Positions 1 to 11,500 of a stretch of 64,000 nt of DNA are shown here, one piece after another. A model generated the notes under the pieces. The model ran no database searches, was not told the DNA's origin, and saw only the letters and a program-made list of their open reading frames with translations. The stretch spans positions 23,250,001 to 23,314,000 of the forward strand of contig JBHGNT010000003.1 of NCBI GenBank assembly GCA_043228905.1. The letters run 5' to 3'. Position 1 is the stretch's first letter, and each line of letters opens with the position of its first letter. This stretch comes from Azolla caroliniana. Its lineage: Eukaryota; Plantae; Polypodiophyta. The position numbers and the translations under genes were made by a program.

Positions 1-925
1 GCCAACGTGCAGCCGGAATGCGGATTACGGAAGACCGGTTCCTCACCGGCCGGAGTCTCTCACACTTCTCCGAACTTGGCATGTACTGGTGGACGTGAGG
101 TTTGGTGGGGCGGATGTCATGAAGATTCTGGGCCATGGTGAGAAACCGGGGAATATCAGAAGAATCGGCGGGGTGCATCATGTGCACTCACCCTTGTACA
201 AATTGTGTAAATGATAGGGGCGCCATTATGGCGCCGGACAGTAGTTAGTTCGGGCAGAGGATCCCTTGTAATCAGGGATTTATCCCACATTGTAACGCAT
301 CCCTCTCCTTGTTCTATAAAAGGAAGGGAGCGTCGTTTGTTAAGGGGTTGCCCATTTTGAGTCATAAGGGTATACCATTTTGGTCTAGGGTTATTTCCTT
401 AAGAATTTTTCTAGGGTTAGTATTTTTCTTTGGGGGTCTTCTTCTTCTCCTCCTTCTTGAGAAGTTGGGGCACCGCAACCATGGCGGCAAAGCTGTGTTA
501 GGGTTTGTGTTCTTCTTCTTCTCCTTCTTCGTCGTTGTGCGTGTTGAGACCTCGTGTCTATTGTGAGTGTAGCCTAGCTCGAGGCAGGGTTTGTATCTAT
601 CTTTGTAAATATACATATCTATACATATATATAAGGATGCGAGAGTTTGAATCTCTGCCAGTGTAGGGTGTGTTTCCCTTACTCTGTTCTCTGTACATAC
701 TCGGCGTGGTCTGAGTCAGTGTTGCGCGCTTATTCTCTCTCTCTCTCTCTCTCTCTCTTTTCTCTTGTCCTCGGCGGCTTCCTGTACGTGTCCGGAATAG
801 CCCTGGTTTGTACCACGACTGGTGCAGTTGGACCGGAGAGGGTCGGCTTCCCAACATCCATCTCTTCCTGGTCCGAGACCCCCGTGCTCCCACCCTTCTA
901 CACGCACGCGCGTAAGAGCGCGACA
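1..925 (+). mobile_element. LTR of a retrotransposon (5' part outside window), abutting an older pol fragment
   Basis: TATA-like CTATAAAAGG at ~314 and a (CT)n tract. Ends ...GCGCGACA at 925, followed directly by RT codons (TVPKKNG). Local similarity to the LTR at 1966 (TGTAACG..CTCTCCTTGT.CTATAAA.GGA). Confidence 0.6.
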
Positions 926-1965
926 ACGGTACCAAAGAAGAATGGAACCTTAAGGTTCACACAAGATCTTCAACCATGGAATAAAGTGACGATCCGCAAT
1001 GCCGGGATCGTTCCAAGTATGGATGAGTTCGGAGAAGCATTTGTGGGAAGGTCCATTTATTCTATGGGTGATCTCTACTCAGGCTATGATCAGTTTCAAC
1101 AAGCAGTTGAAAATAGAGACATTATAACAATGAGGACTCTGATTGGATTGGTACAAATGTGCACCTTACCTCAAAGCGCAACCAATTCAGTAGCACACAT
1201 GGTAAATGCCATGAACAAAGTTCTAAGAGACTGCATGCCAGATATTACGATGCCTTTCCTCGATATTATCCCTATAAAAGGGTGCCCCGAATAAAAAAAG
1301 GACGAGTCTTTAGATCAAGATGGATGTTGAAGATTTGTTTCAAACCATATTGAAGACTGCGAGAGAGTGCTACAAAGACTAGAAGGAGTCGGGCTCACAT
1401 TCTCAGGAGAAAAGTCGGCATTCGGGCAACATGAGGTCCTAATAGTGGGAGTCCGACATCTTTGCTGACCATACGGACGGAAACCCTCTCCTGTGAAGGT
1501 GAATGCTATTCAAGAGATGCGAGAAGAATGTATATCCCAAACAGGCGTGTGGCGATTCTTGGGAGCGTGTACCTTTTATCATATCTGGATTCCGTACTAC
1601 ATCATGTCGCCGAGCCATTACATGGATTGCTAAAGAAAAGAAAGAAGTTCGAATGGGGAGAGGATCAAACAAACGCGAGGTGTAGATTGAAGAAACTACT
1701 TCTTGAAGCTCCAGCGCCAAGAAAGGCCAACTATACTGATGGGAAGTTGATTTATGTGACTATGGATACAAGCCCAACCAGAATCGGGTGGGTCATCAAC
1801 CAAGAAGGAGAAGATAGTGCACGGTATGCCATCTGGTTCGAAGCAAAAGCCTCCATGAACGACAACAAGGATACGCCCAAATCAAGTGGGAACTTTGGGG
1901 TATTGTGTTTGCAGTGAAGATAGACAAGGACTACTTGATCGGGTCAGAAGTGATAATTGAGATGG
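926..1965 (+). pseudogene. Degenerate Ty3/gypsy pol fragment (RT + RNase H)
   Basis: VPKKNGTLRF.QDLQP.NKVTIRNAG, GDLYSGYDQF, LPQSATNS, PFLD(D>I)IPIKG, then RNase H DTSPTRIGWVINQ; stops and frameshifts between ORFs 647-1294 and 1462-1917. Confidence 0.85.
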
Positions 1966-2532
1966 TGTCGTGGAGAAAACCATCCCTCGGAGGAATCAGT
2001 GGATAGTGTGCATGAACTGGCCCTTACACATGAGCACATGTTTTGGTGTATTTACATAGTTAAGTAAGTACAGATCGCCGATGTAATTATCCTAGGTAGC
2101 ACGAATTCGTTATGTAGGGGATCGAAGAGGATCTCTGTCTGGAAGGACAAAGAATAAAAGTGATGTAACAATCTGTAACGGCTCTCTCTCCTTGTGCTAT
2201 AAAGGAGGGGAAAAAGGGGTGAGTGGGGATCGCACATTTAGAGGACGAAGTGTTGTCGGACTGGGAACCGAGCTCCCTCCTCCACTATCGTTGTCGCTTC
2301 TGCAAGAATTTTGGGTTGGTTGGTTGCCTCTGCTGCGTGAAAGCCCGTGTGCTTCCGATAGAGGCTCCACTGCGTATTTCAGTGCGTGTTTTCGCCTGCG
2401 TTGAGTCTGTCACCGGCTTGCCAATTGTAACTTTGCAAGCTCTGTAATCTATACTGTTATTGGAATTGATTCTTTCATTTTCTGTCTCTCTGTGTTTCTT
2501 CTCTCTCACGCTCCTCGGTTTAGGGCCCCCGC

Positions 2533-2987
2533 TATTAGAGATCTAGGTACTAAAGTAAGCTTAAGATAAGGATAAACAAATGATAGATAGAAAGGAGAAA
2601 GAGAAAGAAGGGTGCCGATCCACCCGACCACCCCCGAGCGAAGGGATCGAGACGGACTCGAGCCTCGATCATCGTCCCATACCACCGCCGTGGCGTCGAG
2701 TCGTACCTGGTGCTGGCGCGCTCGCTACAAGAGTTGACCCACCACAAGAGCAGAGTCTCGATGTAGTCAAAAGATGATCCAATGAGGGTAGCTAGGCCTC
2801 TTATTTATAGCAATACCCAAGGCCCCCAGGCAAGTTCACACTTGACCTAATGGGTTGTCTCAATCCCGAGGATTAAAAGTAATCCTCCACTTCTTTACAC
2901 TCTCGTTTAACCCTCACACTTATCCACATGTATAGAATACTACGGTAAATTCTCACCACGGGATATGAAATGGTCATGCTCGTAACA
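2533..2987 (-). repeat. 3' LTR of chromovirus (455 bp)
   Basis: Matches 7675-8263; adjacent to the PPT; reads TGTTAC...CTAATA on the minus strand. Confidence 0.9.
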
Positions 2988-5900
2988 TACTCCCCCTCTT
3001 TAAAACATTGCACTCTTGCAATGGAAAGTTAGGGAAATTAGTTCTGAGAGTATTTTCGCGTTCCCATGTGGCATGTTTTATTGATTTATCCATCCATTTT
3101 ATTTTAAACTCTCGGATTTCTTTAGTATGTAATTTTTTTGTTTTAACATCGAGAATTCTTTCTGGTACATGTGGTTTAGAAGATAATTCTTCAGAAGTAA
3201 CCAGAGTTTCAGTTGTAACTGTATTGTCACTAGAACCTAGAAGTTCTTTTAGACGACTCACATGGAAGACTGGATGAATTCCAACACCATCGGGAAGAGC
3301 AAGACGATAGGCTGATGACCCAATGCGTTTGAGGATTGTAGAAGGTCCACAAAACCGTGGGGCTAACTTAGCGCACTTACCCGTAGACAATGTCTTAGAA
3401 ATGTGAGGTACACGTAAAAATACCTTTTGTCCAGGGTTGAATACACGAGGTTGTCTATGATGATCAACATAAAAACGCGCTCTATCTTGAGCTGTTTTTA
3501 TATTATCTCGTGCAATATGCAACATATCTTGCATATCCCGAAGAAACTTTTGCGTACTTCGCAACTCATCATGATGTATATTAACATCAATCGGGGCTCG
3601 TGCCTGAAAACCATACATCAACATAAAAGGACTATATCCCGTCGATGTATGCTTGGAGCTGTTATAAGCAAACTCCAAAATTGGGAGATAACGTTCCCAT
3701 TTTGTTGGTTTTGCACCAACGTATGCTCGAAGCATGTCCTCAATAATTTGATTTACTCGTTCTGTCTGTCCATCGAATTGAGGATGATCCATGGAGCTCA
3801 TGCTCAACGTAGTTTCTAACTTCTTAAAGACTTGCGTCCAGAAGTCACTAGTAAACTTTGAATTTAGATCACTCACGATATCCATCGGTAACCCATAAAA
3901 ACGAAATAATTCGTCAACGAATTGGTAAGCCAATTCAGGAGCTGTTACCGTGGTTTTAGTAGCAATAAATCTGGCCATTTTAGTTAGTCGATCAACGACA
4001 ACTAGATGGCATCATGACCTTTTTGGGTGCGAGGAAGGCTAACAATAAAATCCATGGATATGCTTTCCCACTTATTATTGGGAATGTCCAAGGGATGTAA
4101 AAGTCCTGCGGCTTTAAGTCGCTCGGCTTTGTTAACCTGACATTGGTGACATTTAGTCACATAGCTATGTATGTCAGGACGCATCTTAGGCCAATAAAAT
4201 TGAGTGGAGATGAGAACGAGTGTACGATGTATTCCAGGGTGCCCTGCTGAGGGTGCATCATGGCATTAAAAAAGAATCCTCTTTTTGACCTCGGGTAAAT
4301 CTGGAACACAAACCTTCCCATTACGGTAGAGCAAACCGTTAGCAATTTGGAAGTATTCCTTCGAGGATGTGATGGTGTCTGTTCCAGACTCAACTCTTGC
4401 CCAATATTTTGCAAAATAACTGTCATCAGGATACTTTCCTCGAAGGTGATCATAAAGATCTGATGTTATTTCTGTGAAGCTAAGCATGTTAACTTCACGG
4501 ATGCGACTTAATGTATCAGGGACAGTGTTCATGGAACCTTTACGATATCGTATGGAAAAATCAAAGTCTTGGATGAGATTAGCCCATCATGCCTTACGAC
4601 CTTTCAGGACTCGTGGTCCGTCGTTACCACAAAGCGATTTCCATAAAGATAATGGCGCCATGTTTTGAGAGCATGTATAACTGCAAATAATTCCTTTTCT
4701 TGAACGGTATACCGACATTGAGCAGAATCAAGTTTCTTACTCTCGAATGCTATTGGTTTACCATCTTGATACAAAACAACACCTATAGCATAATCACTGG
4801 CATCGGTTTCAACCTCAAAAGGTTTTGAAGGATCAGGTAAAAGAAGTGAAGGAGCCTTGCAAACCAGGTCCTTGAGTTCCTTAAAGGCGAGGTCTAGTGT
4901 AGCATTCCACACAATAGGTTTTGTAGACTTACGCGTTTGACCTTTTAAAAGATCAATAAACGGCGTCGTCAATTGGGAGTAATTACGAAGAGACTTTCGC
5001 AAGAACCCAACAAAACCAAGGAATGATCGAACTTCTCGAATATTCCGAAGAGTGGGCCAAAGCTTGATTTCTTGATCGTCGTCAACCCGGGGCAATGGGT
5101 ATGAATTCTTGATCGTCACTTTATTGAAGCGTCGGTAATTAATACACATACGCCATGTGCCCTCTTTCTTTTTTACCAAGAGAACTGGTGCACCCCATGG
5201 AGATTTACTATAACGTATATAAACCATTCGTAAATAGTCCTTGAGTTGCTTAGATACCTCATCTTCTTCGGATCGACTTAAGCGATACGGAGGTATACTT
5301 ATTAGTGCAACACCAGGTACAATATCTATACGATGGTCTATATTACGTTTAGGAGGTAACCCATCAGGTAGTTCACTTGGAAAAACATCATGAAAATCAT
5401 TTAAGATTTCATCAAGTTGTTGTTGTTCAAAATATGTTAATTGAACCGGGACATTATCGATATTGTAAACGTCAATGTCCGGATCAAGTACACAATAAAA
5501 TAACGTAGAACAAGACAACTCGGATATTGATGGACACGCGGAAACAATCGAGAGGGATTGTTTTTTTATACATTGAATAAAATGCGTACAATCGTTCAGT
5601 ACAAAAGAAATGGATAACCCAGTATTACGTCGGTGGTACAAAGATTCATTACATGGAAGTCTACTTCCTCTATATAAGTATCAATAGAAATTCCTAATGA
5701 ATGAATCGCCCCGTTGATGTATTGTACTCTTCCATCAGCCAAGTGCACCATGTAGGTGTGATCACTTACGGTGGGTTGGATTCCCCATATCTGAACCAAA
5801 CGATCATTCACAAAATTGTGTGAGCTTCCCGAATCAAATAAAAATTGTACGGGAGATCCATTGATATACCCGTTTGCACATAGTAAATCAGTCATCTGTT

Positions 5901-6024
5901 GAGCGGTGAAACTAAGGTATTGGGTTATTTGTGCCAAATACATCTCAATGGACATTTGTCCAGGAGGATTCCCTTGAGTTCCTTCCGCTTGAGCGGATGA
6001 CATCAGGTCGTTAATTTGAGCCAT
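2974..6024 (-). pseudogene. Chromovirus polyprotein remnants: protease, partial RT, RNase H, integrase, chromodomain
   Basis: FLFDSGSSHNFV (protease); [13 protein letters not shown] and PLPRVDD (RT N-term); [11 protein letters not shown] (RNase H); CHQCQ and SISMDFI, HPQFDGQTERVNQ (integrase); PERILD...KIKW...ATWE (chromodomain). Several frameshifts and stops. Confidence 0.92.
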
Positions 6025-7164
6025 TAAAGATTATTTCTAGAAAAGAAATAGGATAAGGTTAGAGAGATAGTCATAACATCATGTCGTGATGTAAACATAT
6101 CATGGGCAAACATTAATCGATATCATGATCTCACGTCAATACCCCTCTAGACGTATGAGATGAGGTTCAAGATCAGGTTACTATGGTAACACAAAGGTGT
6201 TTAAAAAACCATCGGGGTGACAATTTAATGTCTTTCCCTGATCTCTATATCGATTTTTTTATGGCGGCTCCCCGAGGCTCAACCATGTATGTTCACGTCA
6301 TGAGTAGTTTATACACGAAAAAAATGTTAACAATAAACTATGTTTCGGTGCCCACATATGTGGTTTCGGCTCTTTAAGTCCTATTACGAGGACCCCGAGG
6401 TGCACTTAGACCTTAAGTCTAAACATGTGTTATAGTCATATGTATCACCGATTTTGTATGGTCTTGGTCATATTTGAACTCGAGACCTCGAGAACAAATG
6501 CATTAAACACTTGAGCCAACCAAGTAGGTTGCTCTTCTCGAATGCTTAATGTTTGATGCGTATAAGAGATATGCGAGGCATTTGATCATATATGTTTTTT
6601 TTTAAAGAACATATATGTCAAGGTTCCTTATTTCGCCCTCATTTACCAAATTATGTTGGTACGTTACCTAACCTCAAGTCTCGTAATTACGATGGCATAG
6701 GCCAAATTGCAACCTAATGGTCAAGCCAAATGAGCCCTCGTTTCGTAGTAGGCCCACGTGGCCCATCACATGGTCACGTCATTACGAATGCCTCTCGTAA
6801 GAACGAGCTCATGGTCGCGTCATTGGAGCGACCTCAGTTGAAGTGGGTCAAGCCCTACGTACTCAACATCATTATGGCTATAGGTGTTTCTTTACGTAAC
6901 GAAATCGAGGTCATCAACGGGGTTGTCAACAATAAAAAATTGTTGAAAAAGGGATGGTGACAACACCTTTCTCACAAAAATGTGAGAACGGCCACCAACA
7001 TCCTTTTCCCGACAAGGACAACTTTCGATATAATCACGTAATAACGAATATACACATATGTTTACTTATCACATATATACGATCAAATACGTATATAAGT
7101 GACCACATATGCCTATATTAAACATATCGTTATATTAAATAGCCACAAATGGTGTGATCGAGAT

Positions 7165-7420
7165 ACGTAATCGAGGTATATACCTCTACGCACACGAAAC
7201 ATCCACTAATAAGAGATCATCGTAATACGCAATTGAGGTATTGACCTCTTACGCATACGAGACCAAACGCATATCGTTTACAACAAATCAAGGTATTAAA
7301 CTCATATGCAAACATAACATATGTTCGTGAATGTAATACGTAATTGAGGTATTAACCTCGTACGCATACGACACTCATCACATATTATTAATATGTCAAA
7401 CGAGGTATTGACCTCGTGCA
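7165..7420. repeat. Five regularly spaced palindromic motifs (GAGGT-N4-ACCTC) in the chromovirus 5' leader
   Basis: Stems start at 7173, 7235, 7290 (degenerate), 7346 and 7402; spacing 55-62 bp; intervening sequence variable. Confidence 0.8.
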
Positions 7421-7662
7421 CATATGTAAACATTTTAGAAAATCAGTTAAAGACCACTACAACATCATTGACTTAATGAAAAAATGACATATAAACTAAA
7501 CACATGATTAGATGGGAGAAGAGAGAATAGAAAAAAAAAAAATTATGGAAAGAGTTACCGAAGTTCTTTGTTGATCGTTGTCTGCATCAAGGTCGACCGC
7601 ACATCGATCGATCACCATCAATCAAAAGACAAATGAAAAACAAAGAAACATTAGTACATAAA

Positions 7663-7672
7663 TCTGATACCA
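7663..7672 (-). promoter_or_regulatory. Primer-binding site (tRNA-iMet type)
   Basis: Minus strand reads TGGTATCAGA, 2 nt inside the 5' LTR. Confidence 0.85.
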
Positions 7673-7674
7673 AA

Positions 7675-8263
7675 TATTAGAGATCTAGATACTAAAGTAA
7701 GCTTAAGATAAGGATAAACAAACGATAGATAGAAAGGAGAAAGAGAAAGAAGGGTGCCGATCACACTCTCGTTTAACCCTCACACTTATCCACATGTATA
7801 GAATACTACGGTAAATTCTCACCACGGGATATTAAATGGTCATGCCCATAACATATGGATAGCTAGGCCTCTTATTTATAGCGATACCCAAGGCCCCCAG
7901 GCAAGTTCACACTTGACCTAATGGGTTGTCTCAATCCCGAGGATTAAAAGTAATCCTCCCCTTCTTTACACTCTCGTTTAACCCTCACACTTATCCACAT
8001 GTATAGAATACTACGGTAAATTCTCACCACGGGATATTAAATGGTCATGCCCATAACATATGGATAGCTAGGCCTCTTATTTATAGCGATACCCAAGGCC
8101 CCCAGGCAAGTTCACACTTGACCTAATGGGTTGTCTCAATCCCGAGGATTAAAAGTAATCCTCCCCTTCTTTACACTCTCGTTTAACCCTCACACTTATC
8201 CACATGTATAGAATACTACGGTAAATTCTCACCACGGGATATTAAATGGTCATGCCCGTAACA
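7675..8263 (-). repeat. Rearranged 5' LTR with a 205-bp unit repeated ~2.4 times
   Basis: ACACTCTCGTTTAACCC recurs at 7763, 7968 and 8173; the segment equivalent to ~2621-2785 of the 3' LTR is missing. Confidence 0.88.
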
Positions 8264-8310
8264 CCCGCGGTCCCGCCTTATTTCATACGTTAGAGCGTAA
8301 CAACACGACA

Positions 8311-8500
8311 CCGGATGACGCAAGCCCGGTGAGAACCTCTCACATGATGAAGGGACATATATGTAAATATGTCTCTGTTAGCCCATAGTGGCTATATTTG
8401 TAAATAGCCTGAAAGTCATATTAGTATAAATATGACCTAGGTCAAACAGAATATGTTGTTGCATTCTTGGTGGAACTACTGTACAGAGCGTAACAGAGAG
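8311..8500 (+). mobile_element. Fragment of the Copia-family LTR seen at 27474
   Basis: ATGACG(G)CAAGCCCGGT, GGCTATATTTGTAAATAGCC and AAGTCATAT..GTATAAATATGAC match 27517-27900. Confidence 0.75.
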
Positions 8501-8504
8501 AGAT

Positions 8505-11500
8505 ATTCCGCATATTCCTATCATCATCTTGTTGATTGTTCATGAAACAACGAAGATATTGCTCCAAAATCTGGTTGGTACGCTCAGTTTGGCCATTAGT
8601 CTTAGGATGATACCCCGAAGAAAGCTAATCCGAAATGTGGAGAAGTTTGAACACGTGCTTCCAAAACTTTGAGATGAATTGTGGACCATGATCACTAATA
8701 ATATCATCCGACAAACCATGATGCCTAAATACCTCCCACATAACGAGATTGACCATCTCTTGACTAGTAATAGACTTCGTACATGCCAAGAAGTGTGCCA
8801 TTTTGGTAAGTCGATTCACCACAGTGAGAATTGCATCAAAACCTTTTGAAAATGGGAGATCAGTAATGAAATCCAAGGATATAGACTTCCAAGAATTTTC
8901 CGGAATGGGAAGTGGTTGTAGTAAGCCATAGGATCAGTGTCGATGACTCTTTGATCGACAACATATATCACAGTTGCGAACATACTCCTCAACAAAATGA
9001 CGAAGGCGGGGCCACCAATAGTGTCAAGAAATTAATTCTAGAGTTTTGTGAACTTCAAAATGACCAGCCATTTGTGAGTCATGGCAATGTTGTAAAACTT
9101 GTAGTCATGGGGGACCATCAGGAACATACAATAGGTTTTTCCGAAATAGAAAACCACCATGCCAATAGAACTGACGATAGTCATTACAAGAGTTTTTCGA
9201 CTATGAGCAAGAAGCACGATCCGGGAAGATATGATCCAAAACATCCTTGGTGAATTCATCAATGGCCATATGATCTCGAATGGAATCAAGAAGAGTGGAA
9301 TCTTCAAGCGTTGTATGGCATTAACTACCATTAATCGTAGGCGATTAGGACCCAAAAGGATTTGTTTTGATGCTCGAATGCAGGTTCCCCTAGACGAAGT
9401 TCCATATAAGAGCGCCGAGAAAGAGCATCTACTTTGCCTTGCTGCATCCCAAGGCGATATATGATGACAAAGTCGAAGTGAGTCAAAAATTGTGCCCACC
9501 GGGCTTGTCGTCGACTCAAGACTCGAGCATTTTGAAAATATGTCAAGTTCTTATCATCGTTGTAAACAATGATTTGCTGAGAAGAACCTTCTAGAAAATG
9601 TCGCCATTGTTGAAAAGAATCCACAATTGCAAGGAGTTCTTTGTCATGGATCTCGTGGTTGATCTCTGCAGCTTAAAACTTTCGGGAATGAAAGCTGACA
9701 AGATGTAGCTATCCATCATCTCCAGTCTGCGATAGGACACTCCCTAGTGCAAAATCGGACGCATCAGCTTCAAGGATGAAGCGTTTTGTTGGGTCGACAT
9801 GTGCTAAGATAGGTGTCGTTGTAAACACTCGTTTTAAGCTTTCGAATGCTTCGACTGCATTTGAACTCCATATAAATGGCTGATTTTTGTGTGTGAGTTC
9901 AGTGAGCGGAAACACAACCTTGGAATAATCTTTAATAAATTTTCGATAGAAAAACATTGCACATTGTGCACTAAAAGGGGCGTTTGTGAGTTCAGTGAGC
10001 AAAAACATGACCTTGGAATAATCTTTAATAAATTTTCGATAGAAAATTGCAAACCCGAGAAAACATTGCACATCGCGCACTAAAAGGGGCGTTTGCCACT
10101 CTAAAATTGCTTGTAACTTCATGGGGTCCATAGCGATACCATCTGATGATACAACATACCCCAAAAATTCCACTTGATTCTGGCCGAAACTACACTTCTC
10201 TAATTTTGCATAGAGACCATATTCTCGGAGTCGATGCAGTACCTGATGAGCATGTTCATCATGCTCCTCTTGGGTCTTCAACTAGATTAGAATATCATCC
10301 AAATAAACTATAGTGACGATATTGAGAAAATCTCAAAAAATATCATTCGCCATATGTTGGAAAACTGTAGGTGCATTCGTGAGACCGAATGGCATCACAG
10401 TATACTCAAAATGTCCATAGCAAGTGCGAAAAGTTGCCTTTCATTCATCCCTTGGGCGAATCCGAACTAGATTATATGCACCGCGAAGGTCTAACTTTGT
10501 GAAATATTTTGCTCCACTGAGACGTTCCAAAAGACTCGGGATTAACAGTAGAGCATATCTATTCCGGATAGTCACTTTGTTTAGCCCTCGATAATCCACG
10601 ACCAATCGAAGAGTCCCATTCTTTTTCTTAACGAAGAAGATAGGTGCACCCGCAGGGGATCTAGAATGCCGAATGAATCCGTTTGCCAAATTCTCATCAA
10701 TATATTCCCGCAAAGTCTCTAGCTCTACAGGGGAGAGATTATAAATTGGGCCCCATGGAAGTTCTTTCCCTGGTTGTAAGTCAATAGGGCAGTCGTATGG
10801 CCGATGCTCAGGCAATGTATTGCCCTTCAGCTTATCAATGACATCTGAGAACTCTTTGTATTTCTCTGGTAGTTTAATGTCCACTTCATGTAAAGTGGAT
10901 GATGGAGTTGCTACTATTGTGAAGACGAACATGGCCTTGTTCCCCCCTTCCTCACGCAACTGTCGTAGAGAGATGGTTGATAACTCAGGGGATCTAGTAT
11001 CACATATCGGAGAGAGGGATGTTGGGTTTGTGCTTTTTTCCCGAGTCTCCTCAATTGTTCTTTTCATCCAATCAATCTTCAGGTTATGGAGTTCAAACCA
11101 AGGGAGACCTACCACTATTGGGTGTTCCGGACTGTGAATAATGTTGAAAGAGATTATGCTTGCCAAATCACCAAGAACTATCCGAATTGCCTCAGACTCC
11201 TCGACTATATCTCCTGATGCTATGGGACGGCCACCAATGACTCCTACGGCTACTGGGCTTGGGAGCTTATTCAAGAGGATGTTTTGTGACAAGGCATATT
11301 CACGATCCATGAAACAAGAGTTGGCTGTAGAATCTAGGAGGGCAGAGGCTAGGACTCGATGACATGTGGACGTGGTAAGCTCGACATGTGTGCAGAAAAA
11401 ACTCAACTCACTTGATTTAATGAAATGGAACCACGACTAGGAACTAACTCTACATAGCTAGGATGGTCCAACGAAATGGCTCCTATTTTGGCCGGACTTA

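Larger units (their letters stand above)
2533..8263 (-). mobile_element. Ty3/gypsy chromovirus LTR retrotransposon, internally deleted (non-autonomous)
   Basis: 5-bp TSD CCCGC (2528-2532 and 8264-8268); LTRs 2533-2987 and 7675-8263; PBS TGGTATCAGA; PPT AAGAGGGGGAGTA at 2988-3000; order PR-RT-RH-INT-chromodomain. Confidence 0.93.
1966..8310 (+). mobile_element. LTR (1966-2532 + 8264-8310) split by the chromovirus insertion
   Basis: TGTCGTG at 1966 and CACGACA at 8304-8310 form a terminal inverted repeat; CTATAAAGG at ~2197; sequence is contiguous across the CCCGC TSD. It has no matching TSD of its own. Confidence 0.55.

Noticed and set aside
7165-7420. CRISPR array
   Set aside because: Repeats are degenerate, no cas genes are present, and it lies inside a eukaryotic retrotransposon leader; kept only as a hairpin array.
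1-8310. A single element bounded by the LTRs at 1-925 and 1966-8310
   Set aside because: The two LTRs are only locally similar, and there is no PBS after 925, no PPT before 1966 and no TSD.
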